This document shows positions 30,252 through 42,234 of a stretch of 64,000 nt of DNA, piece by piece. This DNA is from Magallana gigas (taxonomy: Eukaryota): the NCBI RefSeq assembly GCF_963853765.1, contig NC_088862.1, forward strand, positions 20,274,001 through 20,338,000. Reading direction: 5' to 3'. Within the stretch, counting starts at the first letter, position 1. Each line of letters begins with the position of its first letter. The position numbers were made by a program, and so were the translations under genes. A model generated the notes under the pieces. The model made no database searches. It saw only the letters and a list, made by a program, of their open reading frames with translations, and was not told the DNA's origin.

Positions 30252-31758
30252 TTAATTTGCTATATAGATGATTTTGTGCCTTTCAACGGTTTCAATGTCT
30301 CTTTCTAGTTGTTTCATTTCGGCTTCCATTCGTTCTTTTCTGTTCTTTTTGGGGGCGGTGTCAGGAACCACTGATAGACCCTGATACTGGTCATGAATTT
30401 CTTCCCAGTTTTGTTTAAGTCCCTTGAGAATTGCAGCTCTCTCGTCGGCTGTGAGAGATTTCATGGCTCCGCGACGGAAATGCTCGGCAACATAGGCATC
30501 ATACTCCTCCTGTGCTCTCTGCATTTCATCCCTTCTCCTGATCAAGTATTTTGGTGTTTCTCCAAAATCCTGTAGATGGAAAGATTTTTTTAGAGCTGTT
30601 ACAGTCAACTGATTTAATTTTATTTTGACAAAAATATTTTGACAAAAATATGCATCTTACTACTTCAACAACATTTATATATAAAAAAAGAAGTTGATAA
30701 TCTCTATGAGAGAGAGAGAGAGAGAGGGGGGGATAATAAATTTGTTTCATCTTAACTTTGTCAATATAGTGATATGTACCTTTTTGTTTGTGTACACAGG
30801 TTCTAAGCCTGATGGCTCCAAGAGATTTTTGTGGCCTCCTCTGGTATCCACGTAAACCTTCTGTGGTTGTCTTGGGACAGATGTAATGTTCTGGACTGCA
30901 TTTGTAGTGATGAAGTTCTTGGAGGTTTTCAGGCCCATTAAGGGCTTATCATCTTTCCTTGGGACTGGGGGTCTCCTCCTCTCCTCATCGGCATACTTGA
31001 ATTGTTGGTCTGGGGGAAGATCTATTTAGAGAAAAGAATTTTGAATAAATGGGGAACACCAAAGGCAATTTTTGAGAATGAAGACCTATTGAATAGATAT
31101 ACTGCATTAGATTTTCATTTTACTTCAGGGAAATCAGGATTAAGAAAGAATACCTCTTGGTAATATGACATCTTTGGTGCGTTTCTTGAGGAAATTATCT
31201 GTGGTTGGGGCAGGCACCTTGGCTTGTCCCATAGTTTTGTGGTCCCCTCGACCAGACACATATTCTTGTTTCACATTATCCCGAAATTTGGAGTTGTATC
31301 TGTAATTCAATATGAATTGTGTCAATCCTTTAAAAATGTATACAAATGTAACAAAAAAACTCACATACTGAGTGACTTTTTTGAAAAGATTCAATAGATA
31401 TAAACATATGATACATTCTAATAACTAAAATATCTTATAACGTGTCTTACTAGCGCAATCAAGTGTAAATATACACGCATGGACAATTGGCGTAGACATA
31501 ATTTCTACACTTGTTCTCTGTGTCCAGTTAATAACGATTTATATAAGCATGTTGAATGCATATACGATATGTGGAAAGTTATTAAGTCCCAAATGCAAGC
31601 CTTTTAAGTCTTTTAAGCATATATGAAGATATTTGACTAAGATATTGTACATGTCTATACTGTCAACTCAACCAAAACAGATAATCGTACCTTGCTTGTT
31701 TGATTTTCTTTTCCTCCTCCGTTGGGATAAGATTGTAGATGCTTGCCTCCTCCAGCAT
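30252..31758 (-). CDS. ENKUR: Enkurin, 4 exons, ~257 aa
   Basis: Exons (minus): 31758-31691, 31299-31154, 31021-30780, 30569-30252 (774 nt, phases consistent). Motifs: SIYNLIP..YNSKF, KTMGQAKV, RRPPVP, KNFITTNAV, DFGETPKYL..R, LKQNWEEIHDQYQGLSVVPDT..K..RKE.ME.EMKQLE.DI. Confidence 0.95.
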
Positions 31759-32366
31759 GTTTAGATATGAAGGCTGCCACGGGAATATAAACAATGAAAA
31801 CCTTCCCAATTTGTGCCTGTCAACTGGTTGACAACACGGCAGCCAGTATAAATATGTCCGTAGTAACCTGTTACTAGGAAGTACGTCACAAAACAACACC
31901 GACAACTCTACCTTACCCGTCTTAACATGTTATGGAGTTGCCTCCCGTGTCTTAAATGCTTTTTTTCCTCGAGATTTTGAAGTATGTATATATATATATA
32001 TTTAAATTATAATTTTTCTTTGTTTCTATTCAGAACATCCGACTTTTGACAGTTTAACCAAATTACCGTATCAATTAATCTTCTAAACATCATACATGGT
32101 TTTTTCATCAAAATTAAAATTTATATTATTTTGATGAAGGTAACTGGTGCCTCTAAATGCAAGATTATTTAAGTCAACATACACGATTATTATGTCAACA
32201 TGCAAGATATTAGATAATTATGTTGACATGCATGATTATTATGTTGAAATGCAAGTTATAAATCTTTTTAATGGTTTGATTTTTATATGGGTAAAATGAC
32301 TCACTAATGCCGGACTCTGACATCACAGATGTACGATGCAACATAAATATGACAACATGCGACTTA

Positions 32367-33017
32367 GGTGGCAGGGGATAGTATTTTTGGTCGAGGAAAT
32401 GTGAGGCAGATAGTGCTCATATATGAGATTTAATTTTTCAGTGGGTTTTTAAATTTGCTAAAATTGGTTTGCATGCAGGGGACACATGGTCCCGACTCTT
32501 GAGAATTTTTAAACATTTCAGAATAAAACAAGTACAACTTACATATAGCACTATAAAGAATAGCCAGGGACGGTCTCAAAATATTCTGAAAAATTGCCCT
32601 TTTTTCACATTTTCACGGGTCCAGAACCACGCTCCAGTCCCGAGCAACTGCCATAAACTACCATAGGATTGGTAGCTTAATGTATACCCATGCAAATAAT
32701 CACCAATTGATGGGGGGTCAATCACCTTCTTTTCGAGTGACATTTCGTGTTCTGAACCCACCCTACTTTTCAAGCACAAAACCGAAAGTGAAAATTATGG
32801 CCACAGTTTCGCATTTTCATTCCATATCTGATGAAAAGTGCTACCAGTATTAAAGTGTCATATATCAGTGAAATTGACATGAGCTCCTCTATCCACAAAA
32901 TGAATGCAATAAATATTCTAGCAATTTATACCCCTCAAATAACCAGCCAAACCCCAGGTTCTCCCTTTATTTCAAAATTTTGACCGGGTCTTTCCTTCGA
33001 AACTATCCCCTGCCACC
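32367..33017. mobile_element. TIR element (MITE) copy 1, 651 bp
   Basis: TIR GGTGGCAGGGGATAGT / ACTATCCCCTGCCACC. Apparently identical to copy 2 at offset 2089, with identical ORF-track translations. Confidence 0.85.
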
Positions 33018-34455
33018 TTTAACTTTAAGAGTTTGTTTCTCTCTAACCAAAACACTTTAAATTCAGAAAGTTCATGCAATTCTGAGTAAAACACTCCAAA
33101 TTTGGTCTGATTTCATTGAAAAATAAAAAAGTTATGGCTGTTTAAGTATTACCCCCTTTCGAGGCTGATTCACCTTAACCTGTTTCTGTAAGGTTTTCAA
33201 GATATATCATGACTTCTTTCAATCCAAAAGACATTTTTTCTTTTAACATCAGTTATAACAAGAAACCTTTATCCAAATCTGATGGAAAAACATTGAAATA
33301 TTCACATTTAGTAACAACATCTAGGAGAATTCAACTCATATGTATCACCTATCCCCCTGCAAATGGGAATAAGAAAAACACACTATTCCTCCTTGCAATC
33401 AACCTTTTTGTTTCTAAATGGTATTAACAGGTTTAAAAACTCCATTGGAACATAAAAGCAACTTATTTGGAACACAAAACCTTCACTTTCATCTCTTCAT
33501 AAGGGACAGGTACCTAGAAAATGGCAATCAGGCATCTTACCCGAGGAGTCATTTCCCAAATATGCTGAACGGATGATGATGAAACCTAATTCCTCTGTTT
33601 ATTCTTTAACCAATAGTAAAAGATCTAGATTTATTGGTTAAAAAGATTGAAATACATGTTTTACATACAAAGAAATACCAAATTTGAACATCATGACCAC
33701 ACCCCCATCATGAGGTGGGAATACATGCAAATGACAAATGGTTAAAAAATGCACACAAATTCAATTTTTCTTGATATATTTTCAATAAAGAAGAAACCAG
33801 ACATATGTGTTTTGTTTTAAATGGGAGCAATTTTATGTACCTATGATTTTTTATCAAGAAAAATGTGAAATAAAGGCTATTTTTTGGTTTTCGGTGAAGA
33901 AAATTGAAGGGTGGGGGGTGCTTTTTTGACAATCAGACATTTTAAAATTGTTTATAATGACTTAAAATGCAGATATTAACTATTTAGAATTACATGTAAT
34001 TACATGTAATTTACATGTAGCACATGTAAAATATATATTTAGCCATAAAATCTACTTTTTGTCTGTTTTAGCTTGAGAAAGAACAATATTTAGCAATTTC
34101 TTATCAAAACTAAGGGTTTAAAACTTCATAAAACTGCATGGCTATCACTTAATTTCAAGAAAATTTAAAGAAAATGGTACAATATTATTCAGTTAATCCA
34201 AATTCAACCCTGCAACTTATACCAATAGGAATAATATGCCTATAAAGGGTTTTAAAATAAGGACAAACCCAAAATGCTAAAAAGTTGCACTTTTTCTTAG
34301 GACCACCCCCTGTTACATTTTGGCCCCTAAATCTCATTACAGGGTTGAGCAATCATAAAAATTCAGCCAGTTTCCCATTTTACACACATTGAACATCTTT
34401 TCTGTTCCCATGTTGTTAAACTTAAAGCCTATTAAAAATTTGACATTTTCTTGAA

Positions 34456-35106
34456 GGTGGCAGGGGATAGTATTTTTGGTCGAGGAAATGTGAGGCAGAT
34501 AGTGCTCATATATGAGATTTAATTTTTCAGTGGGTTTTTAAATTTGCTAAAATTGGTTTGCATGCAGGGGACACATGGTCCCGACTCTTGAGAATTTTTA
34601 AACATTTCAGAATAAAACAAGTACAACTTACATATAGCACTATAAAGAATAGCCAGGGACGGTCTCAAAATATTCTGAAAAATTGCCCTTTTTTCACATT
34701 TTCACGGGTCCAGAACCACGCTCCAGTCCCGAGCAACTGCCATAAACTACCATAGGATTGGTAGCTTAATGTATACCCATGCAAATAATCACCAATTGAT
34801 GGGGGGTCAATCACCTTCTTTTCGAGTGACATTTCGTGTTCTGAACCCACCCTACTTTTCAAGCACAAAACCGAAAGTGAAAATTATGGCCACAGTTTCG
34901 CATTTTCATTCCATATCTGATGAAAAGTGCTACCAGTATTAAAGTGTCATATATCAGTGAAATTGACATGAGCTCCTCTATCCACAAAATGAATGCAATA
35001 AATATTCTAGCAATTTATACCCCTCAAATAACCAGCCAAACCCCAGGTTCTCCCTTTATTTCAAAATTTTGACCGGGTCTTTCCTTCGAAACTATCCCCT
35101 GCCACC
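34456..35106. mobile_element. TIR element (MITE) copy 2, 651 bp
   Basis: Same TIRs and interior as 32367-33017, same orientation. Confidence 0.85.
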
Positions 35107-36588
35107 TTATGTCAACATGAAAGATATTTATGTCGACCTGCGACTTATTTATGTCGACATTATATTAAATATTTTAGCATGCAAGTTATCTTGCATGTCC
35201 TTAAAAATAACTTGCATGTAAACCTAATTAATTTGCATGTCAACATAAATAAGTCGCATGTTGTCATAATTATGTTGCATCCTGCATCTATGATGTCAGA
35301 TACGGGCGTAAGTACATGGAAGTGATTTCATCCATAGAAAAATCAGGTTCTCTGGTATGTTGACACATATTATCTTGCATGCAAGGGCAGAACTATACAA
35401 CCATAGGAAAAGAAATAATAATTCATTTATATTGCTAATATTTTTTTAGCGTGGGGTATTTCAATGAAGCGGGCGGCAATTGCAAACAAACAATAAAACC
35501 ATTTTAACAAGACACAAGACTTTCGGATGTAACTTCATTTACATGTATCTATTTCTGGCATCAAAACAATTGAAGTTTAGAATGACGCTGGTTTAACGGA
35601 AATATACACAGATTGCGTAAGTCTTAGCTCGGACAAATCTGTCATTTCAACAAACAGAATATGACATTATCTTGCATATATATCATATTCATTGTGACAA
35701 AGAAATATACAAGTAAATACTTTATCAAATACTGGTATTGTCTACATATAAAACGAAGTCCAGAATTTGTAATGCTTGCATAATTTTTCAAAGTGCTTAA
35801 TAAATATATCCATGATAAAAGAAAATGTTGATGTGCATTCATATAACAAACTCTGATTTTTTTTCAAAGCGCACTGAGTTGGTCGTGGACAAATTAAATG
35901 CAGACCGTGTAAGCTTTAGTTCTGATCTGTCAAGAAATAACCCACAAAAAGCCAAAAAAAATTCAATGAATTATGTTTAAATAATATATTGTATCCACTT
36001 GACTTTAAGCTAAATAATTCATTTTAAAACAGCTTTTATAAAGTTTAGAGAATGCTTGTAACTTTATTACTAGAATTCATTGTTACACCGCCATTTCGTC
36101 CTACAGGATCGTGAAGATTTTAGCGTGTCTTGAATTACAATAGATTTTGTCAAGACTTTGTTTATATTACAGAACTATGATATATCAATACCCATAGCAT
36201 TGATCATTAATACAGACGGCGATACCGGGTTTCCGATCCCAAATACTGATCTATGTAAGAAGTACAAACCAACATTTATAAGGATTTTAACATTTTTATT
36301 CATACAAAATTTTTTCCATCAATTGTAAAACATTAAACATGTCTTCAAAATATTTAAAAATCCAGTTCATTTGATAAACAAAATACGAATGCTCTACATG
36401 TACATAATCTATATATGTACAAATATATTATAACTTTTATGGTCATGTATAAAAATTACATACACCAAAAGTGCAAGTATGATGCTCAAAAAGTTATTCA
36501 AAATTGCACACTGCTAAAAAATTAACGAATAACACAAACTATTTAATCAATCTTTCATATTCGAGAGATATGAATATAAATCACTCTA

Positions 36589-39230
36589 TCACTTCTTTTT
36601 CTTCCCTCCCCTCCCCCGTCCCACGGGTGCAGCCTCTTCCGCTTTTCGTTTCTGGCCCCGTCCACGGCCTCTCCCCGCGGGCGCCTCTGCAGGCTCCTCC
36701 TTCCCCTTTTTGGCCCCTCTACCCGCGGGCTTGGCTGCGGGCTGTTTACCTCCTCGGCCCCGCCCCTTGGGCTTTGACACCTCCTTTTTGAGGGCGGGTT
36801 TTTTCTTGGCACTCGGTCCGTCCTCCGTATCCTCGCCTTTTCTTTTACCGCTGTCTTTATCTGTCGAGATTGAATTTGTTGAGTAATCAAAATGAATAAG
36901 GTATTTAAAAAAGAACATGTATTGTTAATACATATTAGTTCTTTGATAATAGATATACAAGGAATTAGAATATGCCCAATTAATACAATCCCGGTTTCAA
37001 CTTTAAAAACTTGTAAAAAAAAAAAAAAAGACAAGACGCTACATTTTTGTTAAAGAGAATTAATTTAAGCTTATTTTGTTTTAAATAAATCAAAATCAAA
37101 CCAAAAGCACCTGATAGCGATATAATTTCTAATTTAAGGAGGCCGACTTTAGTTTGCATTGTGCATGTTTTTGCGCATTCTAATATAATACAGTTGTTTT
37201 ATACTTCTTATGAATTTTTTTCGATATCATTTATAAAATTGAACACAATAAACAAAATACAGATAAAAATATTTAGATTTTTAAAGGAAATTTTTATTTT
37301 TAACACGATTTTTACGTTGTGCGGTAGGGGAGCATTGCCATTGCGCTTTTATGACGTTATGATAAAATGAAGCTTTGTAGGAGTACGTTATAAGAAATAA
37401 TATAAAAGAAAAAGTAAAAATTGTACGCTGTTGAAATTTTGTATACAGAATGATGCTATCCTCGAGGATATTTTCCTCATTTTTGGAATGAATCCATTAT
37501 ACCAATCATCAGTTGTGATGATCCAAATATATAGCAAAATTTGGTGCATTTTAATATTTTGAGATGGCCCCCACTAAAAACCAGACGGTAGAATTTTGTG
37601 TTTTTTACATATAAGGTAGGAAATGATATTACTTATCATTTATTACATACTTAGTAATAAATACAGGTTTTTGGCATATGTGATACAGATGACATCACAC
37701 AACTCATATCGGCCTCCGGGGCTGATACAGGTTATCAGCCCTAGGGCTGATACGGATCCATATCACACCCCTTGCGGAACTCCTCTGCCTTTTTCCGTTT
37801 CGGCATTTGTGCATGTTTACAGATGAAAAATGAAACATTTCTTGCAGTTGACATTTTCAAATGCATTTAATAACTTCAGTTTTGGAACATTTAATTTTAA
37901 AACACGAGGAAATCCCAGTTCTGTAGCAACAAGTTGGTAAAACAATAAGATCTCGTTGTTTTATTTAATACATGTATAGACTACTTTCAGATAATATTTA
38001 AAATCAATTTGTTTAAGTTGATGCCTTTTTACATAATTTATTACTGAGTATGTAATAAATATAATAATAAATACCCTTTTTCCATATATATCACATCCTG
38101 TATCAGCCCTCGACCAATATCATCCCTCGGGCCTTCGGCCCTCGGACTGATATTGGAGTCTTGGGCTGATACAGGCTGTGATATGGTGAAGGGTATGTAT
38201 TATTCTCTCTATATAACAATTTGAGAAAAAAAGCTATTGTAGTATTTTTTTAAACTGCTTTGATGTGCGGAAAATGACAGTTTCCTATATATTCCTATAG
38301 TAAATGTACCTCTATTTTGAGATGGTCCCTAAAAAGAACCAGACGGTCGATTTTCATGAACCTTCGCATATAAACTAGAGTTGGTTTAAATTACATATGG
38401 TTAAAAAATAAAGAGTTTTGCTATTGTAGTTTTTCTGAAAAAAAACCCAAATCGGCCTCCTTAAAAGGATCTTTTTTAAAATTGAAATGTTTCACTGCGC
38501 CATAAAAATCATGACTTTTCTCATAGATTAATTTTAGCTGAACATATTTTATGACTAATACCAAAAGGATTGGACACAAGATCCAAAAACTTAGAATTGT
38601 CCTCTCCTTGTACATAATATATTACAGTGCCATACAATGCCAGTTAACATTTATAACAGTTATAGTACATTTAATGAAATACAAATGAATCATTAGTTTT
38701 ATATCTAGAATTAGAATTAGGATGGATAAGAAAGTTATGCAAATAATTTAAAATTATAGATAAATCTACCACACTTTTGTATATAAATGTATAGATACTT
38801 GTTGGATTTTACCTGGAAAAAATTCATAACCACAACTCTAGGACATTACTATAGTACTATGTAAAAAAAAAATCAACTTTGAATTTATAAAAAAAATTGT
38901 ACATATCCTCAATAGAACCAAGCAAAGGACTCACCTTCCTTCTTTGTGTAGGGTTTGTAGCGCCTCAGGACCTCGCCCCACCCTCCCCCGGTCTTCCAGA
39001 AGGACCAGTGGTAGCCGTTTGTATCAATGGCGTACTTGACGGCGGACACCAACTTGTCAAACACCTCGTCATCCCTGAGGGGCTTGATCTTCAGGACCTA
39101 GTGTAATAGACCAGTAGACGTAAGGCCAAACTTATATCAACTACAACATGGATTGCTGCATGATGAGTTTTTTGTTCTTTAGCGGCCAATGGTAGAGTAT
39201 TTTTAACGTAAAATTACTTAGGACCATATG

Positions 39231-39295
<65 letters not shown>

Positions 39296-41574
39296 TTTAA
39301 AGTCACACAATTTACCTTGAACCAATCGGAGTATGTTTCCATGTTCTTTATGAGTTGTATTGACTCTTTCATTTGTTTCACCATTTCCTCTGTTGGGAAG
39401 CCAAGATTAGCATCGTACCGTTTGACAAGGTCTGCTCTAGACTTGCCCTTTGGCATTGCAATGTCTAGAAAGAGTACCTTCAACGAGAATTGTTATTATT
39501 TAAGATTCCGACTATTAATTGAAGTCACATTTCTTTTGAGAATATATAGAGCATTTCTATTTATGGTAACATTGAAATTTCTGGCAACCATCTGTCTATC
39601 CGTTCGCCATGTATTTTAAATGTTTCTTTTTCTACGATAACCATAACATTTAATGGAATGTTTGTGCTCGTCATAAAAACCCAGATATGGTCTTTTTTAA
39701 TACAATTTTCACGCATAAATCTTCAAAGCTTATGATTGATTAATTATTTTCTGACCTGGAAAGCTAACAACTTCCGGCTAACCAACGTTCTTTGCAAAGT
39801 TTCCCGGATGCGGTAGTCCTTGTCGGTATCGAGCATGCCCAGTTTGGCGTCTTCTTTCACATACCACATGACGTTCCTTTTGAAACTTTCAGACAAATAA
39901 GCCCAGGCAGCGTCCTGCCATCTGGAAAAATAAATTTACTTTCAAGGTGAATTTATCGTTGTATTATTTTCGTTGATATATATTTGCAGAAAAAGAAAAT
40001 ACCATAGGGCAAGAATACACTAGATCAACAAATAGAAAATAAATATTTCCTTTTGTTGTTGCTTTTTGAAGTTGAAATCTATACCTCTTTAATATTTTTT
40101 GGTATTATTTTAACATAAATTATTCAAAACGTTTCGATTCGGTCGTTTTGTGCAAAAATGCATCCATCCTTCCATCCATCCATCCATCAATCAAAATATA
40201 CCCTTTTAGTTGACATATGACATTGAACAAACACATACGTATATTTGAAAGAAGCCGCCAGCAACATCAGCCATTCTCCGATGTGGGGACACGCCTTCTT
40301 GCTTCTCTCACCGACGTCATCAATGAATTTCTAATTTAGATACAAAACATTATTAGCATCAATCCCATATTAAACCCATTTCTTTACACACAAATCATAA
40401 AACAATAACCAAAGCTTGTGTATTTCTACGTGTATTTTTAAAGAATACAATATCCCAAGTATACCTTAAGTCTATTGTCTATCTCGCCCTGTAATTCCGG
40501 GTAAATGTCTAACGCCCACAGTAAAAGTCGATGTAGGGAGAAGTATCCACTAAGGCTATTGTCGCTAGTGTGTTGCGTCCCTTTAGAGAACTCCACGACA
40601 GTGGCGCTCATCAGATTTGGGATGACCTTTATGACAAGTTCCGGAATCGGTGTTTTGTTCGGTTTGCATTTTGGCAAAATGGCCGCAACCTCGTTCAAAC
40701 AGTTCTCGAATGTCTCTTTGATCATTGCGCCGTGATTGGGAGTGATGTACATCGGGAGGAAAAATTTGATGTCCTCTTTCATGACACTCTTGACAGTGCC
40801 AATGGCTTTCTTCATAGCTTCATAGGATTCCAGCTTGATGAATTCGCAGGGAGTGGTTAATGCTGGGCGATGTGAGGGACCGGACACAATCAACCCATAC
40901 CCAAACAACTCGTCCTTTGTCTTCGGTTTTGCTGCCTTGTCGAAGCGCTCTTTTGATGCATAGTCTATAATTTCAGGCGAAGTTTCATCGCTAGCTGCCA
41001 CTTTTGCTTGCTTTCCTTTCTTCTTCTTTCCCTCGGCTTTTTCTGGTTTACCAACATCAAATGCTGGAAGGGGTTTTGCATACGTATGACCACAGTCGCA
41101 TTTGTATCCCTTAGAAAGCTTCCGGTTGTGATCCGAGGCGCTTTTCATCCACGTCGAGTCTCCAGACTGTGTTTCTGCGAGAAATGCCACCACGTTCAGA
41201 AGAATGGTCTGCACTGTGTATCCCGGGGACCAGCCCACGGACTTCTGGTCCTTCCACTCAGTATGGATGTACGCAAAGTCCGAGAAAATGTTCAGACAGA
41301 CCTTTGTGCCCACTTTTCCCGCCATGGTGGCGCCACTGTTGTACTGGAAGCCGACGGGAACAAACTCCGCGCTGGGCGACTCATACGGGTACTTCTCCGT
41401 GAAGAAAAGCAGGAGGTGGTAAATAACATCGTCGTGTTTGAAGTTACAGTGCCATTCGAACACGTTCGCGTCCAGTGGCATGGCGGACACGTTTTCCACC
41501 GGCTCTTTCTGTAGTTCCTCGTAGTCCTGCATCAGCCTTTTCATGGCTCGCTTTCGTTGCTGATTCACCGCCAT
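36589..41574 (-). CDS. Atypical ubiquitin-conjugating (E2/UBC-like) domain protein with large C-terminal domain and RG/K-rich tail, 6 exons, ~654 aa
   Basis: Exons (minus): 41574-40465, 40330-40239, 39921-39756, 39477-39316, 39097-38935, 36860-36589 (1965 nt, GT-AG, phases consistent). The N-terminal UBC hallmarks are RAMKRLMQDYEELQKEP, PLDANVFEWH, F..KYPYESP, KVCLNIF (catalytic Cys position) and WSPGYTVQTILL. Confidence 0.85.
37650..38204. mobile_element. Probable non-autonomous element ending in a long hairpin, in intron 5 of the E2-like gene
   Basis: Terminal stem-loop at ~38063-38204 (CCTGTATCAGCCC..CCAATATCA..CTCGGGCC-TTC-GGCCCTCG..TGATATTGG..GGGCTGATACAGG). Related GGGCTGATAC / ATCAGCCC motifs occur at ~37715-37770. 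Superfamily unknown. Confidence 0.5.
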
Positions 41575-42143
41575 TTTGATGAGTCAAGACAAGTAAAGAT
41601 CTACAAGCAATGGATTCGATATTGTATAAAAATAAAACGTAAACAATATTCCCTGTAAAACATCAACAACCAAAACACATGCAAGTAAACATCAACCGTC
41701 ACTTAATTATAGCATTGGAAGTGCATGAATCCGCAATCTTATTTTTGCACGTTTCCGCTTTAATTCTCTTTACAGTGTATTATATTCACGAAAGACAAAA
41801 CGAGGAAGAAATATCAAAAAAGAGTTAAGTCAGCATGGACACAGGGGCGTGTATATGCACGTGTTGGCAGGTTGTTGTGGGTTGGTATAGTTTGGTTCCC
41901 ATGCATTTTATTCACAAAGACTTCCAATATTTCGCTTTGCATACACTGTTACATCTTCGCTATTCAATAGAGAAACACCGTGGATCGTCACCCTTGGCTA
42001 GCGAAGATGACACTGTTAAAACGGGCAAATAAAAAAAATCATTTACTGACTATAGAGTTAGTGTTTCAATAGGTGTGCATTGAATATCTGCAGAACTGTT
42101 ATAGATCTTTAAATACAAAATCAATAATTCTAAACCTCGCTAA

Positions 42144-42145
<2 letters not shown>

Positions 42146-42181
<36 letters not shown>

Positions 42182-42185
42182 TGTG

Positions 42186-42230
<45 letters not shown>
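42146..42230. repeat. Compound (GT)n(GA)n microsatellite
   Basis: Direct inspection. Confidence 0.95.

Positions 42231-42234
<4 letters not shown>

Noticed and set aside
32469-34868. Identical duplicated ORFs (65 aa and 67 aa) suggesting duplicated genes or LTRs
   Set aside because: They lie inside the two MITE copies. There are no TG..CA LTR ends, PBS/PPT or protein motifs.
40505-41514. Plus-strand ORFs up to 168 aa overlapping the E2 exon
   Set aside because: Antisense or alternate-frame shadows, expected from the GC-richer coding exon.
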